Shown: piece after piece, positions 28,848 to 38,788 of the stretch | Numbering within the stretch: position 1 is the stretch's first letter | How the letters are laid out: each line of letters starts with the position of its first letter | From: an uncultured virus (IMG/VR IMGVR_UViG_3300020500_000003) | Taxonomy: Duplodnaviria; Heunggongvirae; Uroviricota; Caudoviricetes | Reading direction: 5' to 3' (one strand) | IMG/VR virus record: IMGVR_UViG_3300020500_000003 | DNA length: 64,000 nt | Translations under genes and position numbers: made by a program | Notes under the pieces: model-generated | Told to the model about the DNA's origin: nothing | Databases searched by the model: none | Seen by the model: only the letters and a program-made list of their open reading frames with translations

Positions 28848-28973
28848 CCCTATTGGTATTAGTACATTATATTATATTAACACATTAATATTAACTTTGG
28901 CTTCGCTCACAATCAAGTAGGAAGTTACAGATGAATATTTAATATAGTTAATATGAATATGTACATACTAATA

Positions 28974-28989
28974 ATAAGTGAGGGTTTTG
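28974..28989 (-). promoter_or_regulatory. CAAAACCCTCACTTAT motif (copy 4)
   Basis: Exact repeat. Confidence 0.6.
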
Positions 28990-29090
28990 AAATGTGCATC
29001 TGTTCTCAAGAGATACATATAGTAATATTAATATTCCGCCTTGAAAAATTTAGTGTTTAAAAGGTATAGGGGGATATTCGATTACTTAAA

Positions 29091-29106
29091 ATGAGTGGGG
29101 GTTTTG
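29091..29106 (-). promoter_or_regulatory. variant motif CAAAACCCCCACTCAT (copy 5)
   Basis: 14/16 match to the repeat, same orientation. Confidence 0.45.
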
Positions 29107-29199
29107 TTTCAAGGTAGCATACACACTCAATATTTTCTTCAAAAAAAATACCAAAAAATTTTTTTACAAACTCCTTTATCAACTTCTAAATTACTTTCA

Positions 29200-29207
29200 T
29201 ACCTTTG
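29200..29207 (+). promoter_or_regulatory. Bacteroidota sigma70 -7 element TACCTTTG
   Basis: TAnnTTTG upstream of the first plus-strand gene. Confidence 0.6.
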
Positions 29208-29238
29208 TCAAAATTAATATTAATTAAAATTTATAACT

Positions 29239-29568
29239 ATGAAAGATTATGTAAAACTTGTACAAGCTGAACAGTATCTTGGTGATAAAGAATCACTTAA
29301 AGAATTTGTAGGAGCTGAAAACTTTTTTGAAAAAGAAGATGTTATTTTCATTCCAGAAGTAATTGGAGAACCAAGTATGAAATGGAAAGTGTTACCAAAT
29401 GATTATATAGTTAAGACACATAAAGGTTTTGATGTATATAAACAAGAAAGATTTGAAAAAGAATTTGATGAAGTAACTATTCAAGAAAGTTTAGAAGCTC
29501 CTATAGCTATTACTAAACCAATTGAAACTAAAGCTACTACTAAAAAGAAAGTTGAAACTGAAAAGTAA
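29239..29568 (+). CDS. hypothetical protein (PGDYG-like motif)
   Basis: VLPNDYIVK...FDVYKQERFEKEFDEV. Confidence 0.75.
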   Translation: MKDYVKLVQAEQYLGDKESLKEFVGAENFFEKEDVIFIPEVIGEPSMKWKVLPNDYIVKTHKGFDVYKQERFEKEFDEVTIQESLEAPIAITKPIETKATTKKKVETEK

Positions 29569-29588
29569 TACCAAGTTATTTTATATTT

Positions 29589-29627
29589 AAGACCTATTAG
29601 ACTTTGTGTTTAGTAGGTCTTTTTTTT
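29589..29627 (+). terminator. intrinsic terminator
   Basis: aagacctattaga...tttagtaggtctt followed by a T-tract. Confidence 0.75.
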
Positions 29628-29695
29628 AGGTTATAAAATTTTTTATATTAATAGCCATTTTTTAATTTTTTATCTTAACTTTGCTTCAAATTAAA

Positions 29696-30100
29696 ATGAA
29701 TATGTTTTATAAAAAAATTCACAGACTTCCTATATATGATTCACACTTGTTTCAAGTAATTGTAGGAGATGAAACAGATAAAATAAATAAAGCTATAAAT
29801 CAAAATCAAGAAGATTATTTTGCTTCTTGCTGGAGAAATAGTCATGGACCAAGAAGACTTAAATGTATAACAATAGTTTTAGACCCAACAGATAAAAATA
29901 ATCCTATTACTGCTGGTATTATTACACATGAATGTGTCCATGCTAAAAATATGTTATTTGAGAAAATAGGTTTTAAACCTAAAACAAATAATGATGAAGC
30001 AGAAGCATATTTTATGGAGTATTTAGTAAATTATGTTACTGATTTTGTTAATAAAGTAAGAGAAAAAGAATCACTTTTAAAAACTAAAAAAGATGAGTAA
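29696..30100 (+). CDS. HExxH zincin-like protein
   Basis: ITHECVHA...DEAEAY. The TTG at 29681 is part of the TAACTTTG promoter element (29676-29683), so the start is probably ATG 29696 or 29702. Confidence 0.7.
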   Translation: MNMFYKKIHRLPIYDSHLFQVIVGDETDKINKAINQNQEDYFASCWRNSHGPRRLKCITIVLDPTDKNNPITAGIITHECVHAKNMLFEKIGFKPKTNNDEAEAYFMEYLVNYVTDFVNKVREKESLLKTKKDE

Positions 30101-30416
30101 AGAAACATTAAACCAACAAGAAGAAATTATTACTCAACAAGATGAGATTAATTTAGAATCATTTAAAGGGGAGTTACCTACTACCTTTATGAAAGAAGAC
30201 CTTCCTGCTCCAGATTATATAATTCTTTCTGGAAAAACATTGAGGAGAAATTTTATATATCAACAAAGAGATGAATATATAAATGAACATAAAGTAGCTC
30301 CTGATGAAGATAAAATGGAAGAGTTTGCAAACAATGCGAGAAGAAAATATATACAAGAAGGAGATTATTCTTTAAACAAAATAACAGGAGAAGCTGTTTC
30401 ATTAGGAAAATTTTAA
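30093..30416 (+). CDS. hypothetical protein
   Basis: 107 aa, in operon. Confidence 0.7.
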   Translation: MSKETLNQQEEIITQQDEINLESFKGELPTTFMKEDLPAPDYIILSGKTLRRNFIYQQRDEYINEHKVAPDEDKMEEFANNARRKYIQEGDYSLNKITGEAVSLGKF

Positions 30417-30426
30417 ATTAAATTAT

Positions 30427-30786
30427 ATGAGAATAATTCAAAAAACAATGATACTTGAAAAAGAAAAGTATTATGAAATGCATTTGAAGATAATAAATTC
30501 ACTTATACCAGCACCATTAAGTAATATGGAAATTAAGGTACTTGCAGGATTTATGTCTTTAAGTGGAGATTTAGTGGAAGTAAATAGATTCAATGGTGCT
30601 GCCAGAAAATTAGTGGCATCACAACAATCCCCACCTATTTCTTCTGCTGGTATGAGCAACTACATTAAATCTCTTGAACAAAAAGGAGCAATTTATTATA
30701 ATATTGATAATGTTTTAGAAATAGCTAAAATATTAGTTTGTGAAAATGAAGAGCAATTTTATCAATTTAAAATTAAGAAGAAGTAA
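30427..30786 (+). CDS. winged-helix DNA-binding protein (putative)
   Basis: LSNMEIKVLA...ISSAGMSNYIKSLEQKGAI. Confidence 0.6.
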   Translation: MRIIQKTMILEKEKYYEMHLKIINSLIPAPLSNMEIKVLAGFMSLSGDLVEVNRFNGAARKLVASQQSPPISSAGMSNYIKSLEQKGAIYYNIDNVLEIAKILVCENEEQFYQFKIKKK

Positions 30787-31106
30787 TGAAGATTGAAAGT
30801 CAAGAATTAATGATTGAATTTTATGAAAAGAACAAAGAATCTTTTCCAGGATTGACATTTGAACAAATGAAAGAATGTTGTGGAACTCAATATTTATATG
30901 CTAAAAAAGAAATAGAAAGTGGAAAGTTTCCTACTATTAGACTTAAATATTTTGGTACATTTTTAGTTTATCCTAAAAGAGCAGAAGCTATTTTAAGAAG
31001 ATTAACAGTTCAATTTAAAGAATTAAAACTTGATGCAAAAACATACTTTGAAAAAAAGACTTTAATTGAAAATTTTTTACAAGATGGTACAGAAGAAAAA
31101 ATTTAG
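30786..31106 (+). CDS. HU/IHF-like protein
   Basis: TIRLKYFGTFLV matches the HU beta-arm signature. Confidence 0.6.
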   Translation: MKIESQELMIEFYEKNKESFPGLTFEQMKECCGTQYLYAKKEIESGKFPTIRLKYFGTFLVYPKRAEAILRRLTVQFKELKLDAKTYFEKKTLIENFLQDGTEEKI

Positions 31107-31386
31107 TGATATATTTGCATATTTTCAGGGTTACTATAGATATAATTTGTATTATAGCAAACACTTTAAATGGTTAATTAGGAAGCATATCTTTGAACAA
31201 ATTGTTTGGAGAATAAGTGTAATGGATATTGAATGCTATGAGAAAGGAAGTTGTAAATTATGTGGTTGTGATACTACTGCTTTACAAATGGCTGACAAAC
31301 AATGTGGTAAACCTTGTTATCCAAATATGATGAATAAAAAAGAATGGTTAAAATTTAAACAAAATAATTATGGAAAATTGGATTAA
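31066..31386 (+). CDS. Cys-rich putative Zn-binding protein
   Basis: ECYEKGSCKLCGC...QCGKPCYP. Confidence 0.65.
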   Translation: MKIFYKMVQKKKFSDIFAYFQGYYRYNLYYSKHFKWLIRKHIFEQIVWRISVMDIECYEKGSCKLCGCDTTALQMADKQCGKPCYPNMMNKKEWLKFKQNNYGKLD

Positions 31387-31666
31387 TAAAGTAATCAAGG
31401 TTGGTAACATTAGACAAAATAAAATATTACCATTATCTTTTGTTGCTACCCCATATATAAAAGAAATAACTTTAATAGTTCCTGGTTGTGGGTGTACTAC
31501 CTGTGAATATGATGATAAAAAAAGAATGTTAAATGTAGTATTTAAAACAGGTAACATACCTAATCATATAATAGGAAATCAAGAATTTAGTAAAATAATA
31601 ACAGTTGTATATAAAGATGGTTCACAAGATGAATTATTTATAAATGGCATAAAATTAAGAGAATAA
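31370..31666 (+). CDS. DUF1573-like Ig-fold protein
   Basis: PGCGCT motif and a KIITV strand pattern. Confidence 0.65.
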   Translation: MENWINKVIKVGNIRQNKILPLSFVATPYIKEITLIVPGCGCTTCEYDDKKRMLNVVFKTGNIPNHIIGNQEFSKIITVVYKDGSQDELFINGIKLRE

Positions 31667-32247
31667 TGGGAGCAAAAGTATTAGTAAATGATTATGTAAG
31701 ATTAGCAAAAGCTAATCCAACAATAGAAAAAGAATTTGAATATTTTAAAGAATTTATATTCAATAGAACATTAGTTTGGGAAGGAGTATCTAATCCTAAA
31801 GCTGGAGGTAATCTTCACAATGTTGCTGGTGATACTGGTGGTTGGACATTATGGGGAATTGCTTATAATTCTAATTCTGGTTTATTTAAAAATTTTGATG
31901 ATTTTAAAGATACCACTTATGAAGAAGCAGCAGCTATTGCTTATACAAAATATTACAGAGCTATTAATGCTTTCATACTTCCTTTAGAAGCAAGACTTAT
32001 GTACTTTGATACTGCTTATAATATGGGTAATATGAGAGCAATTAAAATTATGCAATCTTGTGCAGGAGTTCCTCAAGATGGAGTTATTGGTCCTGTTACA
32101 AGAGAAAAAATGCAATATGTAACAGAAGAATGTTTGTTCAATAAAAGAAATACTACTTACAACAACATAGTAAGAACTAATATTAAAATGAATAAATTTA
32201 TTAAAGGTTGGTTGAATAGAAGTTTAGCAATATTTAAAATCAAATAA
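31666..32247 (+). CDS. endolysin, glycoside hydrolase family 108 with peptidoglycan-binding C-terminus
   Basis: WEG...DTGGWTLWGI, FDTAYNMG, DGVIGPVT, FIKGWLNR. Confidence 0.85.
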   Translation: MGAKVLVNDYVRLAKANPTIEKEFEYFKEFIFNRTLVWEGVSNPKAGGNLHNVAGDTGGWTLWGIAYNSNSGLFKNFDDFKDTTYEEAAAIAYTKYYRAINAFILPLEARLMYFDTAYNMGNMRAIKIMQSCAGVPQDGVIGPVTREKMQYVTEECLFNKRNTTYNNIVRTNIKMNKFIKGWLNRSLAIFKIK

Positions 32248-32248
32248 T

Positions 32249-32818
32249 ATGAGTTTATTATTTACAGTAGAAAATAAAATTGTAAGACCAAATGTTGAAA
32301 CTCTTTTGATATTTCCTTTTTCAGAGATATGGGATAGAGATGATTTACCTGGAAAACAATTAGCTATAGAAGATTTTGCTTATATAGAATTTGTTACATC
32401 AGCTAAAAAATCAAATCCTTATGCTGGTTATGCTGAAAATGTCAGAAGAGAAAAAGTTATTGCTGATATTATTACAAGACCAGACTGGATAGAAGATGAT
32501 TTGATTAAACTTGCAATTGAGAAAATGATTCAGTTTCAAAAAGAAGCATCTGTTACTTATAATTATTATATGTCAGCTAAAATTGCTGCTGAAAAAATAC
32601 AAGATTTTTTCAATACATTTGATATGAAACTTGTAAACTTGAAAACAGGTTTACCTTTGTATAAACCTAAAGAAATAACTTCAACTTTAATTGATACTTC
32701 TAAAGTATTAGAAAATCTTAATACTTTGAAAGATAAAGTAGATACAGAAATATTTGAAGAAGTAAAAAATCGAGGTCAAAAAGTGGTAAGTCCATTTGCA
32801 GACCCAAACAGTTTATAA
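32249..32818 (+). CDS. conserved protein upstream of TerL (possible terminase small subunit)
   Basis: Position directly before TerL; helical composition. Confidence 0.5.
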   Translation: MSLLFTVENKIVRPNVETLLIFPFSEIWDRDDLPGKQLAIEDFAYIEFVTSAKKSNPYAGYAENVRREKVIADIITRPDWIEDDLIKLAIEKMIQFQKEASVTYNYYMSAKIAAEKIQDFFNTFDMKLVNLKTGLPLYKPKEITSTLIDTSKVLENLNTLKDKVDTEIFEEVKNRGQKVVSPFADPNSL

Positions 32819-32821
32819 TGT

Positions 32822-35047
32822 ATGGATATTTATGATGATGGTAAATTAGATGGTATTAGAAATCCAGATGGTATTTGGATTAACTCTCAAGTATTTAGAG
32901 AAGAAGCTCTGAATTTCAAGAAGTATAATATGTACTGTTCATCACCAGCTAATTCACCTGATTGGTTAAAATATTGGACAGAACAAAGAAGAAGATGTTT
33001 AAATGGTTATTCTGTTGGAGGAGTAAGGATTACAGGAGACCATTATTTTTATTTGAACTTCTGTCCTATTATGAAAACAGAAGAAGATGATAATGGTTTA
33101 ATTAAAAATAAAAGAGCAAAGAAAGGTAAGAAAGAATTAGATTTTCCTGACTTTTGGGATGGAGATTATAATTATTATTGGTGTAGAGAAATTGCAAGAA
33201 ATGGTATATTAGATTCAGGTTTAATTTTACCAGAAGAAGCAGATGAAATATACAGTTTACCTGATTTAGAACAAGCACTTAAAATGAAAGAAGTGTTTGA
33301 TTCTCTACATCTTGATGTTAAAATTGAACCAAATTATCTTTATGGTGGATATAATCTTATAGTAGGTAAATCTCGAAGAAAAGGTTATTCATTTAAGAAT
33401 GCTTCTATTGGGGTAAATAATTATCTTACAAAACCTAATAAACTTACTATATTTGGTGCAGAAGATAAAAAGTATTTGTACCCAAAAGGTATATTTACTA
33501 TGGCAAATAATTACCTTAACTTTATTTCTCAACATACTCCTTGGGTATATCCAAGAGATGTTATTAATCAGATAAGTAAAGGACATATCAGAGCATCTAC
33601 TTTAGAAATAAAAGCAGGTGTACCTATTGAGAGAGGATTTATGTCAGAAATAATGTCTTTAACTTTTAAAGATAATCCCGATTCTGCAAGGGGAAAAGAT
33701 GCTTATGACTTAATATTTGAAGAAGCTGGTTCTTTTGGTACTCCTGGTTTATTAAAAGATAGTTATGTTGCATCAGAAGATTGTGTAATGGATGGTGATA
33801 TTAAAACTGGTCTTATTACAATATTTGGTACATCTGGAGATATGACTGGTGGTACAGCAGATTATGCTGAAATGCATAGTAGTCCTTTAGCATTTGGATT
33901 ACTTCCTTTTCAAAATGTTTGGGATAAAGATAGTGAAGATATGAAGTGTGGTTTCTTTCATCCTATATCTTGGAATATGCCAGGACACTATGATGAACAA
34001 GGAAATTCAAATAAAGCATCAGCTATTTCATCTGAATTAGCTACAAGAAAATTTCGTGTTGATAATGGAGCAACTAATGCTGCTATGCAAAAGAGAATGC
34101 AAGAAAAACCTCTTGGTCCTTTTGAAGCATTTGGTATGGTATCAACAAATAATTTTCCTATCATTGAATTGAAAAGAAGATTAGAAATTGTTAGAAGTAA
34201 AAATTTACATTTAATAAAAGGAACACCTGTTAATCTATTTTTTGATGCTGGTAAAAGTAAAGTGGTAGCAGAACCTATTTTAGATGGTAGTGCTAATCCT
34301 GTATATAAGATGAAACCTGATAATATTTCATTAGAAGGTTGTCCAATTATATATGAATATCCATCAGAAGTTCCTGTTCCAGGAGCATATAAAATAGGTT
34401 ATGACCCTTATAGGCAAGATAAAGGTACTTCGTTAGCAGCAATAATTGTATATAAAACTATTATAAAAGGTTCATTTACAAGAAGAAAAATAGTTGCTGA
34501 ATATATAGGAAGACCAGAAAGTGCAGATGATGTAAATCATATTGCTAAATTGTTTGCTGAACTTTATAATACTCAAGTAATGTATGAAAATGAGGTTACT
34601 CATGTAAAAGATTACTTTAGAAGAAGAAAATGGTTACACTATTTAGCATTACAACCTGATGCTGTAATATCTAAAAATGTTAAAAATAGTAGAGTAGCAA
34701 GGGTATATGGTTGCCACATGAATGAACAATTGAAAGATGCAGGAGAAAAATATATCAAAGATTGGTTAAATGATGTTCAAGATTTTGATGAAGATGGTAA
34801 ACCACAAACTACTATAGACCAAATTGATTCAATTGGTTTATTAGAAGAATTGATTGCATATAATAGAAAAGGAAACTTTGATAGAGTTATGGCATTGATG
34901 CAAGTTATGTTTCAAGAACAAGAATCTTTATTAGGTAAAGAATATGATGAAAAAGCTACACCAAATAAGAATGCAAAAAAACTTGTATCAATGATGGGTA
35001 ATATGTATAATAAAAATAGTAGTGCATTTTATAAAAGATTAAATTAA
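32822..35047 (+). CDS. terL: terminase large subunit
   Basis: ITGDHYFYLNF, Walker A GKSRRKGYS, Walker B IFEEAG, nuclease motifs IGYDPY, YENE, GNFDRV (crAss-type). Confidence 0.93.
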   Translation: MDIYDDGKLDGIRNPDGIWINSQVFREEALNFKKYNMYCSSPANSPDWLKYWTEQRRRCLNGYSVGGVRITGDHYFYLNFCPIMKTEEDDNGLIKNKRAKKGKKELDFPDFWDGDYNYYWCREIARNGILDSGLILPEEADEIYSLPDLEQALKMKEVFDSLHLDVKIEPNYLYGGYNLIVGKSRRKGYSFKNASIGVNNYLTKPNKLTIFGAEDKKYLYPKGIFTMANNYLNFISQHTPWVYPRDVINQISKGHIRASTLEIKAGVPIERGFMSEIMSLTFKDNPDSARGKDAYDLIFEEAGSFGTPGLLKDSYVASEDCVMDGDIKTGLITIFGTSGDMTGGTADYAEMHSSPLAFGLLPFQNVWDKDSEDMKCGFFHPISWNMPGHYDEQGNSNKASAISSELATRKFRVDNGATNAAMQKRMQEKPLGPFEAFGMVSTNNFPIIELKRRLEIVRSKNLHLIKGTPVNLFFDAGKSKVVAEPILDGSANPVYKMKPDNISLEGCPIIYEYPSEVPVPGAYKIGYDPYRQDKGTSLAAIIVYKTIIKGSFTRRKIVAEYIGRPESADDVNHIAKLFAELYNTQVMYENEVTHVKDYFRRRKWLHYLALQPDAVISKNVKNSRVARVYGCHMNEQLKDAGEKYIKDWLNDVQDFDEDGKPQTTIDQIDSIGLLEELIAYNRKGNFDRVMALMQVMFQEQESLLGKEYDEKATPNKNAKKLVSMMGNMYNKNSSAFYKRLN

Positions 35048-35053
35048 AAATGT

Positions 35054-35061
35054 TACTTTTG
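35054..35061 (+). promoter_or_regulatory. Bacteroidota -7 element TACTTTTG
   Basis: TAnnTTTG in the TerL-portal gap. Confidence 0.55.
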
Positions 35062-35094
35062 CAATAATTTAATTAACAATATTAAATATAAAAA

Positions 35095-37521
35095 ATGGCT
35101 GAATTAAATACAAATTTTGATACTCATAGACTTACTCGTAAAGAGAAAGAAGCTAATGATTTTCAATGGTATAAAGAAAAGATAGACAGTTATGACAAGG
35201 AAGCTAATAATACTGCTTCTGGTTATGGTGGTATTTCTGAATACAAAAGAATGAAAGTCAATTGTGATTTATATAATAATATTATTGACTTGGCTGATTT
35301 TGCTTATGTATGTACTCCTTTTGGAGCAGAAGTAGGAGAATTACCTGCAAATATGGTCAATAGAGATATTAGTTCTTATAGAATTAAAGCTCTATTAGGT
35401 ATGGAGATGAAAAGACCTTTTGGTTATAAAGTATTAGCTACAAATGTAGAAGCTACAACAAGAAGAGAAGAAGAACAAAGTAAAAGAATTAGAGATTATG
35501 TAATTGAACAAATAATGTTGCCAATCAAACAACAAGTTGAATTACAATATCAAGAACAAACAAAAGGGCAAGAATTAACCCCTCAAGAAAAAAAAGATAT
35601 ACAAGACCAAATTGCTCAAGCTATACAAGCTCAAACTCCACCAGAAGTTAAGAGATATATGGAAAGAGACCATCAAGACCCATCAGAAGTTCAAGGACAT
35701 CAGATAATGGAATACTTGATGAAAGAGCAAGATATTAAAAGAAAATTTAATAATGGTTGGAAATATGGTTTACTTACAGCTTATGAAGTATATTGGGTAG
35801 GTATTGTAAATAATAAACCTGTATTAAAAGTAGTTAATCCTATAAGATTCAATTGTGATAAATCTCCTGATTTAGATTATATTGAAAATGGAGAATGGGC
35901 AGTAGCAGAATGGAGAATGTCTCCTTCTGATGTAGTTAAAACTTTTAAATTAACTGATAAAGAAATTGATGATGTATATAAAAATCATCATAACTATAAT
36001 GAAACTTATTTAAGAGAGAACTTACATGATTTCAGTAATTCTCATGTAGATATAAATCATCATACTGTAAAAGTAATTCATGTTCAATTTAAAGGATTAA
36101 GAAAAGTTGGTTGGTTAGATTATATTGATAAAGATGGTAATTTACAAACAAGATTTCTTGTTGATGAACAATATAAATTAAATAAAGAAAATGGTGATGT
36201 AAAAATTGAGTGGGAATGGATTCCTGAAACTTATGAAGGATATAAAATAGGTGCAGACATATATAAAAATATGCAACCTGTTCCTGGACAAACTAAAGAT
36301 GTAGATACTATTTATGAATGTAAACTTTCATATCATGGTGTAATATATGATAATACAAACTCTCAACCTACTTGTCCTATGGATAGAATGAGAGTGGACC
36401 AATATTATTATAATATTATATGGTATAGAATAGAATTACTTATGGCATCTGACAAAGGTAAAAAAGTATTAATGAATATTAATGCTATACCTGAAAGTGC
36501 TGGTATTGATGTTGAAAAATGGCAATACTTTTTTGAAAGTACACCTTTTATGTGGTATAATCCTGATGAAGAAGGAATGACACAACAAGATGTAAATACT
36601 ATTGCTAAAACTATAGATTTATCGTTAGCTTCTGATATAAATAATTATATCAATTTAGCTATGGCAATAGATAATAGATGTGGTAAATCTGTTGGTGTTA
36701 CTGACCCTGTATTAGGACAAACTTCTGCAAGTGAATCAGTTGGGAATAATCAACAAAATTTAATTCAAACTTCACATATATTAGAACCTTATTTTGATTT
36801 ACATGCTTCTGTTAAAAAGAATGTTTTAAATTCTTTATTGACTGTGGCTAAAATAGCATACACTAATTCTAAATTAGAAGTATTAAATTATGTACTTGAT
36901 GATATGTCAAGAAGAATACTTGATATAGATGTTAATTTACTTGATAATTCTACTTTAGGTTTATTTATTGAAGATAGTGGAGAAGCACAAGAATCTCAAG
37001 AATTAGTTAGAAATCTTGCTCATGCTGCAATGCAAAATCAAACTATTGAATTATCTGATGTTTTAGCTGTTGTTAAACAAAAAGGTACTCAAGAAGCAGA
37101 AGAAGCTCTTAAAGCTGCTGAAAAAGCAAGACATGAAAGAGAAGATACTAATGCTCAAAAACAAAGAGAATTTGATTCTGAACAAGCTGATAAAGCAAGA
37201 GAGCATGAAAAAGAAGTTTGGGCAAATGAAAAAGATAATATTATTCTTAAAGAAGAAGAAAGAAGAAAAACTGTTGTTCAAGCACAAGCTATGATGTCTA
37301 TGGGATTCAATGAAAACAAAGATGTTGATAATGATGGACAATTAGATATTATTGAAGTAATGAAAAATGCTAATGCTGTTCAAATCCAAATGGAAAAAAC
37401 TCAATTAGAGAATAGAAAATTAGACCATACTATAGAAAATGATAAAGAAAAAAATAGTATAGAAAGGTCGAAAATAAATATGAATAATAATTTACCTAAA
37501 AAAACAAGTCCTAAAAAATAG
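35095..37521 (+). CDS. portal protein
   Basis: 808 aa following TerL, with a coiled-coil C-terminus; matches crAss gene order. Confidence 0.85.
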   Translation: MAELNTNFDTHRLTRKEKEANDFQWYKEKIDSYDKEANNTASGYGGISEYKRMKVNCDLYNNIIDLADFAYVCTPFGAEVGELPANMVNRDISSYRIKALLGMEMKRPFGYKVLATNVEATTRREEEQSKRIRDYVIEQIMLPIKQQVELQYQEQTKGQELTPQEKKDIQDQIAQAIQAQTPPEVKRYMERDHQDPSEVQGHQIMEYLMKEQDIKRKFNNGWKYGLLTAYEVYWVGIVNNKPVLKVVNPIRFNCDKSPDLDYIENGEWAVAEWRMSPSDVVKTFKLTDKEIDDVYKNHHNYNETYLRENLHDFSNSHVDINHHTVKVIHVQFKGLRKVGWLDYIDKDGNLQTRFLVDEQYKLNKENGDVKIEWEWIPETYEGYKIGADIYKNMQPVPGQTKDVDTIYECKLSYHGVIYDNTNSQPTCPMDRMRVDQYYYNIIWYRIELLMASDKGKKVLMNINAIPESAGIDVEKWQYFFESTPFMWYNPDEEGMTQQDVNTIAKTIDLSLASDINNYINLAMAIDNRCGKSVGVTDPVLGQTSASESVGNNQQNLIQTSHILEPYFDLHASVKKNVLNSLLTVAKIAYTNSKLEVLNYVLDDMSRRILDIDVNLLDNSTLGLFIEDSGEAQESQELVRNLAHAAMQNQTIELSDVLAVVKQKGTQEAEEALKAAEKARHEREDTNAQKQREFDSEQADKAREHEKEVWANEKDNIILKEEERRKTVVQAQAMMSMGFNENKDVDNDGQLDIIEVMKNANAVQIQMEKTQLENRKLDHTIENDKEKNSIERSKINMNNNLPKKTSPKK

Positions 37522-37573
37522 CTAAAAGCAAGAAATGGCTATTACACATCAAATGATAAAAGTTCATTTTTTA

Positions 37574-37606
37574 TTTGATTAATATAAATAAATAATATTA
37601 AATTTG
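37574..37606 (+). promoter_or_regulatory. Bacteroidota sigma70 promoter (TTTG-N21-TAAATTTG)
   Basis: -33 TTTG at 37574-37577 and -7 TAAATTTG at 37599-37606. Confidence 0.7.
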
Positions 37607-37613
37607 TACCGTT

Positions 37614-38759
37614 ATGAGTAAAGAAACACAAAACAACGAAGAAATTGCAAACAATCAGTTTGCTGAATGGGAAACAGGAGAAACTGCTTTTTTTGAAAAT
37701 ACAGCAGTTGTACCTGAAACAGTAGTAGAAGCAGCATTAAAAGATGATGTTGTAACAACTACAGAACCAAAAGAAGTTCCTGAAAAACAAGAAACACCAG
37801 CAGCTAAAGAAGATTATGTCTTTGATTTTGCTGGAGAAAATACTCCAGAAGAAGAAGTACCAGCTACTACAACTGATGATAAAACAGTCAAAGTAAAAAG
37901 TAAAGATACTTTAGAGTTCTTAAAAGAAAAAGGTCTTGTAGATTATGAACTTGAAGAAGGTACTGAATTAACAGATGATTTAGCTGATGAGATTTTAGAA
38001 GATAATTGGGATGCTTCTATTATTGCTGGTGTAGAAGAAACTATTAAAGACCTTCCAGATGCTTTAAAAGAATTGATTAAATATTCTGCTAAAGGAGGAG
38101 ATTTTACTGAATTGCTTTCTAAAATGACAACTCAAACAGTATCAGGTATTAATAAAGATACTGATATGGAAGTTGAATCAAATCAAGTTTTAGCAATATC
38201 TTTAGATTTAAAAGACCAAGGTTATGACCAAGAATATATAGATACTCAAATTGAGTTCTTAAAAGAGAGTGGTAAATTAGCAGGAATTTCTAAAAAAGCA
38301 TTTGAAAAGAAAATAGCTAAACAAGATAGTGATATTCAAGAAACTATTAAACAAGCTGAAAAAAGAAAAGAAGTTGAAAAAGAAGCACAAAAAACTTATA
38401 AAAAAGATATAACTGTGCAAATAAGTTCTTTAAATGATATTAAAGGATTAGTGTTAAATAAGCAAGATAAAGAATCTTTACCTTCTTATATATCAGATGC
38501 AAATATAAAACTGCAAGATGGTAGAACAGTAACTAAATTTCAACAAGAATTGTTTAGTATATTTGGAGACAAAGAACAAACAATATTGTTAGCTAAACTT
38601 GTAAAAGATAAATTTGATTTTTCAAGTATTACTAATAAAGAAATTACAAAATTCTCAAAAGGAATTAAAGAAGAAATACAAAATAATCAAGTTATTATAA
38701 AAGGGTCAAAAGGAAGTTCACAACAACCAAAGAAATCTTTAGCAGATTTACTTGACTAA
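37614..38759 (+). CDS. acidic scaffolding-like protein
   Basis: Very acidic 381 aa ORF between portal and MCP, as in crAss-like phages. Confidence 0.7.
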   Translation: MSKETQNNEEIANNQFAEWETGETAFFENTAVVPETVVEAALKDDVVTTTEPKEVPEKQETPAAKEDYVFDFAGENTPEEEVPATTTDDKTVKVKSKDTLEFLKEKGLVDYELEEGTELTDDLADEILEDNWDASIIAGVEETIKDLPDALKELIKYSAKGGDFTELLSKMTTQTVSGINKDTDMEVESNQVLAISLDLKDQGYDQEYIDTQIEFLKESGKLAGISKKAFEKKIAKQDSDIQETIKQAEKRKEVEKEAQKTYKKDITVQISSLNDIKGLVLNKQDKESLPSYISDANIKLQDGRTVTKFQQELFSIFGDKEQTILLAKLVKDKFDFSSITNKEITKFSKGIKEEIQNNQVIIKGSKGSSQQPKKSLADLLD

Positions 38760-38788
38760 TATTAATTAAAATTAATCTATAAACAATT

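Noticed and set aside
22483..29106. 16-nt repeats as a CRISPR array
   Set aside because: Too short and irregularly spaced (about 120 nt to 5.8 kb); no cas operon. The PD-(D/E)XK nuclease at 49375 is a solo gene.
14850..35047. Inteins or introns in PolB, the helicases or TerL
   Set aside because: The ORFs are uninterrupted and of ordinary length, with no intein terminal motifs or LAGLIDADG seen.
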